Below are positions 1-9,643 of a DNA stretch of 64,000 bases, piece after piece. The translations under genes and the position numbers were made by a program. Source of the stretch: an uncultured Acidobacteriota bacterium (GTDB taxonomy: Bacteria > Acidobacteriota > Thermoanaerobaculia > UBA5066 > Gp7-AA6); the NCBI GenBank assembly GCA_963708395.1, contig CAVPSG010000002.1, positions 901,100 through 965,099 of the forward strand, written 5' to 3'. The stretch's first letter is position 1, and every line of letters starts with the position of its first letter. The notes below the pieces were generated by a model that searched no databases, was not told where the DNA came from, and was given only the letters and a program-made list of their open reading frames with translations.

Positions 1-1807
1 CGTCCAGCCAGCCGAGCTCGATCTGCCGGGTCCCGCCCGGCGGCATCCAGATGACGCTCGCGCCTCGACGTTGTAGCGCTCGAGGAGAAGGCGTCCGTCG
101 GACGCGACATCGTGCAGATTGAAGCCCGGCGGCGCTTGCCAGAGGACGCGCTCGTGACCCGAAGGGGAGACGGCTGCGGAGCCCGAGGTCGCCGTTTCCG
201 CGGCCGCCGAGGAAGAGAAGATTCCCGGTGCGCTTCGACCAGGCGAGATGGCCGAACGACGTCAGGCCGGCCGCCGCCGTCGTCTTCTTTCCCTGCCGGT
301 CCATCGTCCAGATTGTCAGCCCGGGCCCGGAGCTGAACTCGGCGAACGCGAGGCGAGCGCCGTCCGGAGAGATCGCGAGATCCCAGGAGAGAAGGAACGA
401 CTCGAAGACGACGTGCCCGATCGGCCATTCGATCCGGCCGTCTCCGTCCGGGGTCAGCCGAATGACGGCGAGATCGCCTCCGTCGGGCGTCCAGGAGGCG
501 GAGAGGACGTTTTCGGCGATATCGCGGGGGGCGCCGCCACCGAGCGGCACGCGCGCGAGTGTCGCGACGGTCTCCGGTGCCTGGTAGCTTCCAATGCTCG
601 CGCTTGACGGCCAGCTCTCCTTGCGAGGAAACAGAAACCACGTCCGCGTGCTCGATCCCGAGCGGCCGCGATTCGACCGAGTCCGTGCGGACCGAGAAGA
701 GCTCGGCGGGCTTCCCCTCCCAGGCCGCGCCGTAGACGACCGTCTTTCCGTCGGGGGCGAACCGGGCCGAGAGAAGGTTGCCCCGTCGGAACGTGAGTCG
801 CCGGAACGTGACCGCCGGCGTGGCGTGCCCGCGACACGATGCGCTCGCCCGAGAGAAACGCGAGCGCCAGCGCGGCGGCCGCCGCGGCCGCGATGGCCAG
901 GCGTCGAGCGCCACATCGACGCCTTCGGGAGCGCCCGCACGGCGCCGCTCTCTGGCGCCGCGCTCGAGAGCGACGAGAGGCCGAACGCGAGGTCCCGGGC
1001 CGACTGGAACCTCTCCTCGGGTTTTTTCTCGAGACAGTGCGAGACGGTCCGCTCGAGCCCCGCCGGAATCGGCCGGTCCGGCCGCGAAAGCTCCGGCGGG
1101 TCGTCCTTCAGGATCGCGTTCATCGTCTCGATCGCCGTGTCGCCCGTGAACGCGCGTCGGCCGGAGAGCACCTCGTAGAGCACGGCGCCGAGAGAGAAAA
1201 TATCCGAGCGTTGATCGGCCGGATGGCCGCGAAGCTGCTCGGGCGCCATGTAGCCGACGGTGCCGAGCACGGCGCCCGGCTGCGAGATCTGCGCGGCCGT
1301 CGGCGAATGCGTGTCGCCCGCGGCGGGCAACGCGATCTGCCGCGCGAGCCCGAAGTCCAGGATCTTGACGCGGCCGTCCTTCGTCAGGAAAAGGTTCTCG
1401 GGCTTCAGGTCGCGATGGACGATTCCCTTCTCGTGCGCCGCCGCGAGACCCAGGGCGACCTCCCGCGCGATCTCGACCGCCTTGCGCGGCGGCAGCGGGC
1501 CGTCCGCCAGGCGCTCGCGAAGCGACTCGCCTTCGAGCAGCTCCATGACGGCGTAGGTCGTCTCCCCGAGCGGCCGAAGTCGTGGACCGCGAGGATGTTC
1601 GGGTGCGAGAGCGCCGCGACGGCTTTCGCCTCGCGCTCGAAGCGCGCGAGCGCGGCCGCGTCGTTGGCGAACGCGGTCGGAAGCACCTTGATCGCGACGT
1701 CCCGATCGAGCCTCGTGTCGCGCGCCCGGTAGACCTCGCCCATCCGCCGGCTCCGAGGGAGACAGGATCTCGTAGGGGCCGAGCCGGGTTCCCGCCGAGA
1801 GTGGCAT
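1..1807 (-). CDS. Ser/Thr protein kinase fused to TolB/PD40-like beta-propeller repeats. The 3' end runs off the window and the frame is broken several times.
   Basis: Minus-strand translation gives [22 protein letters not shown] and [21 protein letters not shown] in three different frames within 1740-1807. Further down it gives [33 protein letters not shown] (about 1340-1440). Below about 830 there are repeated SPDG/TPDG propeller-like segments. Confidence 0.8.
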   Translation of the reverse strand, partial: MPLSAGTRLGPYEILSPSEPADGRGLPGARHEARSGRRDQGASDRVRQRRGRARALRARGESRRGALAPEHPRGPRLRPLGETTYAVMELLEGESLRERLADGPLPPRKAVEIAREVALGLAAAHEKGIVHRDLKPENLFLTKDGRVKILDFGLARQIALPAAGDTHSPTAAQISQPGAVLGTVGYMAPEQLRGHPADQRSDIFSLGAVLYEVLSGRRAFTGDTAIETMNAILKDDPPELSRPDRPIPAGLERTVSHCLEKKPEERFQSARDLAFGLSSLSSAAPESGAVRALPKASMWRSTPGHRGRGGRRAGARVSLGRAHRVAGTPRRRSRSGDSRSDGATFSRPGSPPTERRSSTARPGRGSPPSSSRSARTRSNRGRSGSSTRTWFLFPRKESWPSSASIGSYQAPETVATLARVPLGGGAPRDIAENVLSASWTPDGGDLAVIRLTPDGDGRIEWPIGHVVFESFLLSWDLAISPDGARLAFAEFSSGPGLTIWTMDRQGKKTTAAAGLTSFGHLAWSKRTGNLLFLGGRGNGDLGLRSRLPFGSRARPLASAAGLQSARCRVRRTPSPRALQRRGASVIWMPPGGTRQIELGWLD

Positions 1808-1847
1808 CGAGGGAGACTCTATCCGGCGGCGCGGTCCCCGGGATCGG

Positions 1848-2861
1848 CTAGATCAGGAACTTGCCCGCCGCCATCACCTGGTCGTCGTCGAACCAGATGT
1901 CGAAGCGCCGGCCGACGACGTCGATGTGCGTCGTGCTGCGCCATTTCGCGCCGGTGTGCTCGGTGTACGGGTGGCCGAATGCGATGTGCAGCGTCGGCAG
2001 CTTCTCGTCCTGGAGGATGTTGCCGATGACCTGCTCGACGGCGATGTTGGTGCCGATCGCGAACTCGCCGATGCGGTCCGAGTTCTCGTCCGTCCGAGTG
2101 TAGGCGCGGAAATCGTCCACGAGATCCTGCCGCTTGCAGGACAGGCCGGCGATCCGGCTGTCCTCGATCGTGATCGTGAGCGGATTCGCCTGCAGGTCGC
2201 CGTAGCGCGCGCAGAGGTACTCACCCACGACGCCGTCGGCGACGTACACGCCGTCCACGCGCGCGGGGCAGGTGAACACCTCGCCGCCCGGAAGATTTCC
2301 CCATTTCTGGGTCGAGATGATGCCGGAGGTCTTGAGCCACTTGATCTCGGGGTCGAACGTCGCGACGAGATCCGAGCCTCCCGGAGACTTCGCCACGATG
2401 CGGCGCGCGGCGGCCGCGCGGTCCCGCACGCGCTGCGATATTGCGTCCACCTCGTTGAAATCGGCGCGCATCGCCTCGCACATGATCTGCCGCGAGATCG
2501 AGACCATGTGCGCGTGGCGGATTTTCCGCCGGTCCACGACCTCGGTCAGCGCGCGCCGGAAGGCGAGCTCGCCCGTCTTGGGCTGTCCGGCGTAGATCGA
2601 GACGTCCGCCTGCTCGAGCGCCTGGCGGATCTCGGCCGGCAGGTCGAGCATCGGACGCACCCCGTAGTCCTCCATGACGCAGACCCGGGAGCCCGCGCCA
2701 GCCTCCCGGATCTCGCCGGCCAGGCTCGCGGCGATTTCGACGGTCTCGCGGTCGGTGATGAGGGCGACTTGCTCGCCCGGCTGGATTCGCAGGCAGGTAC
2801 GAACGGCGTTTCGGGCTCCGGGAATCAGTTCTTCAGCGTAGGTTTCCGGCAAGGTCGTCAT
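1848..2861 (-). CDS. M29-family aminopeptidase (AmpS/PepS/aminopeptidase T-like)
   Basis: Intact 337-aa ORF. The C-terminal pattern NLPGGEVFTCP...RIGEFAIGTN...LHIAFGHP...THIDVV resembles M29 metallopeptidases as I recall them. It lies 25 nt downstream of the GCS2 gene. Confidence 0.7.
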   Translation of the reverse strand: MTTLPETYAEELIPGARNAVRTCLRIQPGEQVALITDRETVEIAASLAGEIREAGAGSRVCVMEDYGVRPMLDLPAEIRQALEQADVSIYAGQPKTGELAFRRALTEVVDRRKIRHAHMVSISRQIMCEAMRADFNEVDAISQRVRDRAAAARRIVAKSPGGSDLVATFDPEIKWLKTSGIISTQKWGNLPGGEVFTCPARVDGVYVADGVVGEYLCARYGDLQANPLTITIEDSRIAGLSCKRQDLVDDFRAYTRTDENSDRIGEFAIGTNIAVEQVIGNILQDEKLPTLHIAFGHPYTEHTGAKWRSTTHIDVVGRRFDIWFDDDQVMAAGKFLI

Positions 2862-2886
2862 CTCTCCTTCGGGCCCGGCCGTTCGG

Positions 2887-4041
2887 CTAGGCGGGATTCG
2901 AATCGGCGGCGCGAAGCGTGGACTCGGCGGGGAGCCCCTGTGAGGTCTCTGCGCAGATGAAGTCCACGACTTTTTTCAGATCGCCGCCCGTCGCATTGTA
3001 AACGGCGAGCTGCCGATCCGCACCCGTTCCGTTGGCGAGAATCCACCCGATCCCCCCGAAAACTTCCCGTCGGGAGCCGAGCTCGTCCACCACGTCGTCC
3101 ACGAAATCGAGCATTTCAAGGGCCAGCTCGCGGAAGGGGACCTCGATCTCCTTGCCGAAGTCGATCATCTTTCCGTCGATCCCGTAGCGCGAGGCGCGCC
3201 ACTTGTTCTCGAGGATGTACGCCCGACGATAGCGCCTCCAGCCCAGGTTCTGCGTCCGGAGCTTGTAGAGCTTCACGCAGATCGCCTGGATGAGGGCGGC
3301 GATCGCGACCGTCTCGTCCACGCGCATCGGGATGTCGCAGACCCGGAACTCGATCGTCTCGAAGAACGGGTGCGGCCGCACGTCCCACCAGATTTTCTTG
3401 CCGTTGTCGATGCTCCTGGTCTTGACGAGGATGCGGACGAACTCGTCGAACTCGGCGGGCGAGTCGAAGTACTCGGGAATCGACGTCCGCGGGAACCGGT
3501 CGAAGACCTTCGTCCGGAAGCTCTTCAGGCCGCTGTCGCGTCCCAGCCAGAAGGGCGAGTTCGTCGAGAGCGCGAGGACGTGCGGCAGGAAGTAGAGCGC
3601 CTCGTTCATGATCTGGAGCGCGAGGGCGCGGTCTTTGATGCCGACGTGGACGTGCAGGCCGAAGATGAGGTTCGCCCGCGCGAGCATCTGCATCTCTTCG
3701 ACGACCTGGTCGTAGCGCGCGTCCGGGAAAATCTTCTGGTCCGCCCAGTTGGAGAAGGGGTGCGTGCCGGCCGCCGCGACGCGCGTGCCGCTCCTCTCGG
3801 CGAGGCGGACGATCTCCGCGCGCATCTCGGAAACGTCCCGCCGCACCTCGGAGACGTCCTTGCAGATGCCCGTGCCGAGCTCGATGACCGACTGGTGCAT
3901 CTCGGGCTTGACGCGCTCCTTGAGGACGCGTTTGCCCTCTTCGAGAATCTCCTGGACGTGCGAGCGCAGCTCCCGGGTCTCCGGGTCGATGATCTGGAAT
4001 TCCTCCTCCACGCCGAGCGTGAAGGCGGGCCGCTCGCTCAT
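2887..4041 (-). CDS. Carboxylate-amine ligase, glutamate-cysteine ligase family 2 (YbdK-like)
   Basis: Intact 384-aa ORF starting MSERPAFTLGVEEEFQIIDPETRELR. The N-terminus and length are typical of YbdK/GCS2 enzymes. Confidence 0.85.
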   Translation of the reverse strand: MSERPAFTLGVEEEFQIIDPETRELRSHVQEILEEGKRVLKERVKPEMHQSVIELGTGICKDVSEVRRDVSEMRAEIVRLAERSGTRVAAAGTHPFSNWADQKIFPDARYDQVVEEMQMLARANLIFGLHVHVGIKDRALALQIMNEALYFLPHVLALSTNSPFWLGRDSGLKSFRTKVFDRFPRTSIPEYFDSPAEFDEFVRILVKTRSIDNGKKIWWDVRPHPFFETIEFRVCDIPMRVDETVAIAALIQAICVKLYKLRTQNLGWRRYRRAYILENKWRASRYGIDGKMIDFGKEIEVPFRELALEMLDFVDDVVDELGSRREVFGGIGWILANGTGADRQLAVYNATGGDLKKVVDFICAETSQGLPAESTLRAADSNPA

Positions 4042-4048
4042 CGCGGTG

Positions 4049-5068
4049 TCAGTTCCCGAAGCGCGGGCGCGGCCGGCGGGTCGTGGCGCCGGTTCCGGGC
4101 GGCCGCGGGGACGGCGACCTGGCTTTCTTCGCGCCGCCGCCCGACAGGAACTCCTGCCAGTGATAGCGGGCGACGGGCTCGGCGCTGTCGTGCACCCGCT
4201 CCACCAGCCACTTCGCGGCGTGCTCGAGCACCCACTCGAAGTTCTGCTGCCCGACGGAGGCCGGATCGGCGTCCGGCGCCGGGTTCAGGAAGTCGATCGC
4301 GTAGGGCACGCCGTCGCGGACCGCGAACTCGAGCGTGTCGAAGTCGTATCCGAGCGCGCCCGTCAGCTTCAGGCAGTCCGAGTGCACGCGGTCGTACATC
4401 GCCGGGTCGATCGGCGTCCCGTCGTTGACGTAGCGCGCGTGGTGCGGCTGGCGCGGGTCGTACCGCATGATGTGAACGTCCTTGCGCCCGATGACGTAGC
4501 AGCGGAAGTACTCCTGGAAGTCGATCTCTTCCTGCAGCGTCATGACGTGCTGGCCCGAGTCGCGGTAGGCCGTGAAGAACTCGTCCGGGTTCGTGACGCG
4601 ATAGACGCTCTTCCAGCCGCCGCCGGAATATGGCTTGAAGAAGGCCGGGAAGCCGATGTGGCTGAAGATCTCGTCCCACTCGAGCGGGAACACGAGGTTC
4701 GACATGGATTCGGAGGTCGTGTCTGGCGGATGCTGGTTCGACGGCAGAAGCACCGTCTTCGGCACCGCGACACCCAGGCCGCGCGCGATGACGTTGTTGA
4801 AGAACTTGTCGTCGGCCGACCACCAGAAAGGATTGTTCACGACGATCGTGCCATCGGACACGAGCTTCTTCAGGACCGCCCGGTAGAAGGGAATGTCCTG
4901 ACTGATCCGGTCGAGGACGAGGTCGTATTTCTTCGGCGTTTCGAGGGAGAGGCCGCCGACCTTGACGGGCTCGGCCGCGACGTCCTCGGCGCCGGAACGG
5001 TTGATGCGGTCGACGAGGGCCAGCGGGAACGTCCGTTCCTGGCCGAAAAGGACTCCGATGCGTTTCAT
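4049..5068 (-). CDS. ATP-grasp domain protein (RimK/glutathione-synthetase-like amidoligase)
   Basis: Intact 339-aa ORF. Central FPAFFKPYSGGGWKSVYRV and C-terminal EFAVRDGVPYAIDFLNPAPD resemble ATP-grasp nucleotide-binding elements. Its stop is 7 nt before the GCS2 start. Confidence 0.7.
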   Translation of the reverse strand: MKRIGVLFGQERTFPLALVDRINRSGAEDVAAEPVKVGGLSLETPKKYDLVLDRISQDIPFYRAVLKKLVSDGTIVVNNPFWWSADDKFFNNVIARGLGVAVPKTVLLPSNQHPPDTTSESMSNLVFPLEWDEIFSHIGFPAFFKPYSGGGWKSVYRVTNPDEFFTAYRDSGQHVMTLQEEIDFQEYFRCYVIGRKDVHIMRYDPRQPHHARYVNDGTPIDPAMYDRVHSDCLKLTGALGYDFDTLEFAVRDGVPYAIDFLNPAPDADPASVGQQNFEWVLEHAAKWLVERVHDSAEPVARYHWQEFLSGGGAKKARSPSPRPPGTGATTRRPRPRFGN

Positions 5069-5133
5069 GGGAACACCCGCCAGCCTTTCTCGCGGCGGGG
5101 GGACCGCCGGACCGGCGATTATATCGAGCGGCT

Positions 5134-5175
5134 GAAGACCAAGGACCAGGGACTAAGGACCAGGGACTAGGTCCC
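5134..5175. repeat. One-armed array of GGAC-type heptamers, ending in the palindrome GGGAC-TAG-GTCCC that contains the rph stop codon
   Basis: Read directly: GAAGACC AAGGACC AGGGACT AAGGACC AGGGACT AGGTCCC. It uses the same heptamer family as the elements at 30657, 48034 and 55360. Confidence 0.8.
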
Positions 5176-5931
5176 GATGTCGATCCCCTGAAGGTGCGGC
5201 GCGAGCGCCTCTTTCTGGGCCTGCGCCAGCCGTTTCAGGCCCTTGCGCGCCAGGGCGAGCAGCTCCTGCAGCTGCTCCTCGGAGAAGGGGCGCCGCTCGG
5301 CCGTGCCCTGGATCTCGACGAATTTTCCGGATGCCGTGCCGACGACGTTCGCGTCCACGTCGGCCTCGGAGTCCTCCGCGTAGGCGAGATCGAGCACCGC
5401 CTGTCCCGCGCAGACGCCGACGGAGATCGCGGCCACCGTCTCGCGCAGCGGCCAGCGGGGGATCGTTCCCTCGCGCAGGAGTTTCCCGAGCGCGACCGAC
5501 AGCGCCACACAGGCGCCCGTGATCGCCGCGCAACGCGTTCCGCCATCCGCCTGCAGGACATCGCAGTCGAGCGTGATCGTGCGGTCCGGGATCCCGCGCA
5601 GCTCGATGACGCTGCGCAACGACCGTCCGATGAGCCGCTGGATCTCGTGCGTTCGCCCGCCCTGTCGGCCGGACGCGGCCTCGCGCGACGAACGCGTGTG
5701 TGTCGAGCGCGGGAGCATCCCGTACTCCGCGGTGACCCACCCGCTGCCGGTGCCTTTGAGGAACGGCGGCACGCGGTCCTCGACCGACGCCGCGCAGAGG
5801 ACGCGGGTGTGCCCGAGCGACACGAGCGCCGAGCCCTCGGCCCAGCGGGCCGCGCCGATCTCGATCGCGATCTCGCGCATCTCGGACGGCTTGCGGCCGT
5901 CCGGCCGCGCCGTGCCGGACGAGTCTTTCAT
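5167..5931 (-). CDS. rph: Ribonuclease PH
   Basis: [24 protein letters not shown]...[16 protein letters not shown]...[17 protein letters not shown]...[16 protein letters not shown]...[19 protein letters not shown] is a full-length RNase PH pattern. ATG 5931 was preferred over GTG 5949. Confidence 0.92.
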   Translation of the reverse strand: MKDSSGTARPDGRKPSEMREIAIEIGAARWAEGSALVSLGHTRVLCAASVEDRVPPFLKGTGSGWVTAEYGMLPRSTHTRSSREAASGRQGGRTHEIQRLIGRSLRSVIELRGIPDRTITLDCDVLQADGGTRCAAITGACVALSVALGKLLREGTIPRWPLRETVAAISVGVCAGQAVLDLAYAEDSEADVDANVVGTASGKFVEIQGTAERRPFSEEQLQELLALARKGLKRLAQAQKEALAPHLQGIDIGT

Positions 5932-6015
5932 GACGCGCCTTCGCCGCACGACTTCATGACGCGCCTTCGCCGCTCGACTTCATGACGCTCGCTGACCGCT
6001 CGACGTCACGACGCG
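5927..6015. repeat. 26-bp direct repeat, 3 full copies plus 1 partial, spanning the GerMN stop and the rph start
   Basis: TTCATGACGCGCCTTCGCCGCACGAC (5927-5952), TTCATGACGCGCCTTCGCCGCTCGAC (5953-5978), TTCATGACGCTCGCTGACCGCTCGAC (5979-6004), then GTCACGACGCG. Each copy carries a minus-strand TCATGA. Confidence 0.85.
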
Positions 6016-6614
6016 AGCTCCCCGCGCAGGTAGAGGAGCGGGCGCGTCAGGTCCACGTGGCCGCTGAGGCTCTCCGCCGGCTCGCCGTTGACGAGCAGGC
6101 GCACGCTCTTCGTCTCCGCGACGTTCTGGAGAACCGTGTCGACGAGCGACGCAACGATCGTCAGCTCCTCGTCGGAGCCGAACGACAGGCTCGCGTCCAC
6201 CGCGAGGTCGAGAACCACCTCGCCGCCCGGAAGCAGGAACGCGTTGCGGAGCTGGATCTTGTCCGGAAGCGGCGACACGAGATCGAGGTGCGTCGGCCCT
6301 CGATGCAGCTCGTCGAAGATGGCCCGGAGCGCGGCGCCGGGTCCGGCGGGTTTCGGAATGTCTCTCTCCTCCGGGCGTAGCTTCGCATCGTCGCGTCCCG
6401 GAAAGAAGAGGGTCAGGCGCACGGTCTCGCCCGGTGTCGGGGTCGGCGCGCCCGGCGTGGTCGCGGCGGGCGGCGCCGCCGCCGGCGAGACGCGCAGGAA
6501 GAGCGGGCCCCGGCGGCGGCCGGGAAGCTCCGAGCCGGCGCGCGTCCAGAGGATCAGGACGCCGACCGCCACGGCCAGAAAGGCGAGCAGGAGCGCCGCG
6601 GCCCGGCGCGTCAT
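6006..6614 (-). CDS. GerMN-domain secreted or membrane-anchored protein
   Basis: 202-aa ORF with an N-terminal hydrophobic anchor (AALLLAFLAVAVGVLILW). The C-terminal part (VRLTLFFP...LRAIFDEL...VVLDL...TIVASLVDTVLQNV...VRLLVNGEP) looks like a GerMN domain. Its position after an amidase gene is common. Confidence 0.6.
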   Translation of the reverse strand: MTRRAAALLLAFLAVAVGVLILWTRAGSELPGRRRGPLFLRVSPAAAPPAATTPGAPTPTPGETVRLTLFFPGRDDAKLRPEERDIPKPAGPGAALRAIFDELHRGPTHLDLVSPLPDKIQLRNAFLLPGGEVVLDLAVDASLSFGSDEELTIVASLVDTVLQNVAETKSVRLLVNGEPAESLSGHVDLTRPLLYLRGELAS

Positions 6615-8119
6615 CGGGGGGCGGCCGTGGGGGTGGGGCTCGGCGCGGGCGATGGCAAGGCGACGGCCGCGGGACGCCGCTTCGCGAAGAAGCGCACGAC
6701 CGCGCGAGAGATCGCGTCGGCGACGTTCTGCTGGAACTCCGGCGAGGCGAGCTTCTTCTCCTCGTCGGCGTTCGAGATGAAGGCCGTCTCGATCAGGACC
6801 GCCGGCATCGACGCGCCGACGAGGACCCGGAACGGCGCCTGCTTGATGCCGCGGCTCTCCGTACCGGAGACGCCGTTCAGCTCTTCCTGGATCGCCTCGG
6901 CGAGCTCGCTCGATTCCTTGAGGTGCGCGCTCTGGGCGAGATCCCAGAGCACGAAATCGAGGGCGTGGTCGGTCGAAGAGGCGGCGTCGGGCGACGGCGT
7001 CGCGGCGGGGCCGGGCGTCTCGTTCTCGCGGCTCGCCACTTCCTGCGCGAGCTTGTCGGAGGCTTCGAGCGACAGATAGTACGTCTCGGAGCCGCGCGCG
7101 TTCGCGATCCGCGAGGAGTTCGCGTGGATCGAGAGAAAGAGGTCGGCACGCTCGTGGTTGGCCGCGGACGTCCGGTCATCGAGCGAGACGAGCCCGTCGA
7201 CGTCGCGGGTGAGCACGACGCGGCCGGCGACGTAGCGGGGCAGCGTCGCGGCGAGCCTCCTGGCGATCTCGAGAGTGGCCTGCTTCTCCTGGAGCCCTCC
7301 CGGCCCGATCGCGCCGGTTTCGGTCCCGCCGTGCCCGGGATCGATGACGATGACGGGCGGGGGCTCCGCAGCGGACGGCGGCGGGGGCGCCGGACCGCCC
7401 GGTGTGGCGGCTCGCGTGACCTCGACGACGACGCGGTCGGGAGCCGTCAGCGCGTAGGCGCGCGCCGAGAGACTCGGGTCGCGGAGCGCGATCGCGACGC
7501 CGTCCTCGGAGAAGCGGACGGCGGAGACGAAGGGGTCCTCGAATTTCTTCTCGGCGAAGGGCGCCGCGACGGTTCGGTCGGGCCAGCGGACCTGGATCGC
7601 CGCCGCGCCGGGAGTCGAGACGAACTTCGCGGGCCCGGACTGGCGCAGCACGACCTGTGTCGCCGCTTCGACGTGCACGACGGCGACGTCGACCGCCAGC
7701 GCCTTGGCCTCTGCGAGCGTCCAGACGCGCTTGACGGCGTCGTAGGAGCCTGCGGCCCCCACGAGAGGGAACAGCACCTTTTCGAAGAAATCGGTCGGCG
7801 CATAGAGGGCGCCGGAGATCGTCTGCGCCGGCCGCGAGATCGAGACGAGGCGCTGATCCACGGGAACCTGCGCGGTGCCGGCGCCGACGAGCACCTTGTG
7901 CCCGTGGCCCGTGAGCGTCAGGACGCCGGTCGCCGGATCCGCCGCGACGGCGAACCCGAGGGCCTTCGCGGCGTCGGCGATGCGGAAGTCGGCGCCGCTT
8001 GCGGCGATCTTGTAGGTCTGGCCCTGCCAGGCGAGCGTCGCTTCCTGCGCCGCGGCGGACGCCGCCAGAAGGAGGAGTCCCAGGACGGCCGCCGGCAAGC
8101 GCCGGGCGCGCGCCGTCAA
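6611..8119 (-). CDS. N-acetylmuramoyl-L-alanine amidase (Amidase_3, AmiC-like) with N-terminal AMIN-like region
   Basis: Signal peptide, then VIVIDPGHGGTETGAIGPGG...ADLFLSIHANS...GSETYYLS...PAVLIETAFISNADEEKKL, which are classic Amidase_3 motifs. Confidence 0.9.
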   Translation of the reverse strand: MTARARRLPAAVLGLLLLAASAAAQEATLAWQGQTYKIAASGADFRIADAAKALGFAVAADPATGVLTLTGHGHKVLVGAGTAQVPVDQRLVSISRPAQTISGALYAPTDFFEKVLFPLVGAAGSYDAVKRVWTLAEAKALAVDVAVVHVEAATQVVLRQSGPAKFVSTPGAAAIQVRWPDRTVAAPFAEKKFEDPFVSAVRFSEDGVAIALRDPSLSARAYALTAPDRVVVEVTRAATPGGPAPPPPSAAEPPPVIVIDPGHGGTETGAIGPGGLQEKQATLEIARRLAATLPRYVAGRVVLTRDVDGLVSLDDRTSAANHERADLFLSIHANSSRIANARGSETYYLSLEASDKLAQEVASRENETPGPAATPSPDAASSTDHALDFVLWDLAQSAHLKESSELAEAIQEELNGVSGTESRGIKQAPFRVLVGASMPAVLIETAFISNADEEKKLASPEFQQNVADAISRAVVRFFAKRRPAAVALPSPAPSPTPTAAPR

Positions 8120-9621
8120 GAGGAGCCTGCCGTGGCGGTGCCGCTCACGTCATAAAGGTACACGGCGGCGCCCGTCGCGCGAAACGCGTCGAGTCGTCGG
8201 CCCGCGGCGTCCATGAGTCCCAGGAAACGCGCCTCGTCGTCCGAGCCGTCGGGGCGGATCGAATGCGTGAAGAGGATCCAGACGCGCCCATGGCCATCGC
8301 GGAGTCTCTCGACGTCCCGACTCGCACCCGCGTTTTCGCCGACCCATCCCCCGCGAAGCGCCGTGTCGGGCGGCAGCCCGGTCCGCGGCCCGTAGTAGTC
8401 GAACGCCGGGAGCGAGGCCGAGTAGACGTAGAGGCGATCGCCGGGCGAGAGGTGGCCGCGGACGTAAGCGAGCGCCGGCTTCATCTCCTCCTTCTCGCGC
8501 GGGTGGAAGAGCGCGCGGACGGACCAGAGCACGGGATGGAACAGGAGCAGCGCGAGGAGGATCGCCCAGACGGCCGGCGCGCGCGGCGACGTCTCTTCCC
8601 GGATCTCCTCGATGCCCAGAGCCATGAGGAGGTAGAGCCCCGGCGCGAGGAAGAGGAGCGTCCGGCCCGAGAACGGATACCAGCGCAGCGTCGAGGCGGC
8701 GAGGGCGAAGAGCATCGGCGCGACGAGCAGCGCGAGATGCGCGCGGCCGGTGCGGAAGAGGGCCCAGGCGCCGACGAGGAAGGCGAGGATGCCGAGCCCG
8801 CGGAAGACGAATCCGGCCGGATCGCCGAAGAGCGCGCCGAGGGTCCTCGGCAGCCAGTAGAGATCGGCGAAGGAGCGCGGGGGAAACGGCAGGAACGCAT
8901 CCGCCCAGAACGCGAGCACGTCCGGCGCGCGCCCGATGTGCCGGAGAAACGCGAGCCAGAACGCGGTGAAGCTGCCGATCCAGAGAAGCCCGGCCGCGGC
9001 GACCGCCCGCAGGAGCGGCCGCTCCCCGGTTCGAGCGGCTGCCACGGCGAGGGTCGCGCCGACGCCCGCGAGGACGAAGACGGCGGGCAGCGAGAACCAG
9101 ACGAGGACGGCCCCCGAGATCGCCAGAGTAACGAGCGCACCGCGGCTCTGCGGTCGTTCCGGCCGCTCCAACGCGTCGATCCCCCGGTCGAGCAGAAAGA
9201 GCGCGGCGAGAACGTCGAACGAGTACTGCTTGAGCTCGGACGAGAAGCCGATCAGGGGTCCGGAAAAGGAAAAGAGCGCGGCGGCGATCGGAACCGCGGG
9301 CGCCGGCAGCAGGCGCGCCGCTACGCGGCGGAAGATCAGGAGCGCCGCGAGCCCGCAGAGAAGCGGCACGAGGCGCAGCGCGTACTCGCTCGAGCCGAAG
9401 AGGGCGACGGCTCCGCGCACGAGCGCGAGAAATCCGACGGGGACGATCTGCCCGTAGTCCGGAGGGGCAAAGAGGCCGGCGAACGAGCGCCGCAGGATCG
9501 TCGGCGCGATGTACGCCTCGTCGAGCCAGAGTGATCGGTTCGACAGGTACTGCGCGACGCGCAGCACCGCCCCGGCCGCGAGGAGCCACCGGGTCAGGCG
9601 CTCGGCGCGTGTCACCGGCAT
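8116..9621 (-). CDS. Polytopic membrane protein, GT-C fold (GT39/ArnT-like) glycosyltransferase candidate
   Basis: Intact 501-aa ORF with about 11 hydrophobic segments and an N-terminal SLWLDEAY motif. It is paralogous to 26053..27579, including the soluble C-terminal domain (DRLYVYSASLPAFDYYG vs DRVYVYARSVPAFRYYD). Confidence 0.6.
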   Translation of the reverse strand: MPVTRAERLTRWLLAAGAVLRVAQYLSNRSLWLDEAYIAPTILRRSFAGLFAPPDYGQIVPVGFLALVRGAVALFGSSEYALRLVPLLCGLAALLIFRRVAARLLPAPAVPIAAALFSFSGPLIGFSSELKQYSFDVLAALFLLDRGIDALERPERPQSRGALVTLAISGAVLVWFSLPAVFVLAGVGATLAVAAARTGERPLLRAVAAAGLLWIGSFTAFWLAFLRHIGRAPDVLAFWADAFLPFPPRSFADLYWLPRTLGALFGDPAGFVFRGLGILAFLVGAWALFRTGRAHLALLVAPMLFALAASTLRWYPFSGRTLLFLAPGLYLLMALGIEEIREETSPRAPAVWAILLALLLFHPVLWSVRALFHPREKEEMKPALAYVRGHLSPGDRLYVYSASLPAFDYYGPRTGLPPDTALRGGWVGENAGASRDVERLRDGHGRVWILFTHSIRPDGSDDEARFLGLMDAAGRRLDAFRATGAAVYLYDVSGTATAGSS

Positions 9622-9643
9622 CGAGGGTGGTCGGTCCGCGGTC

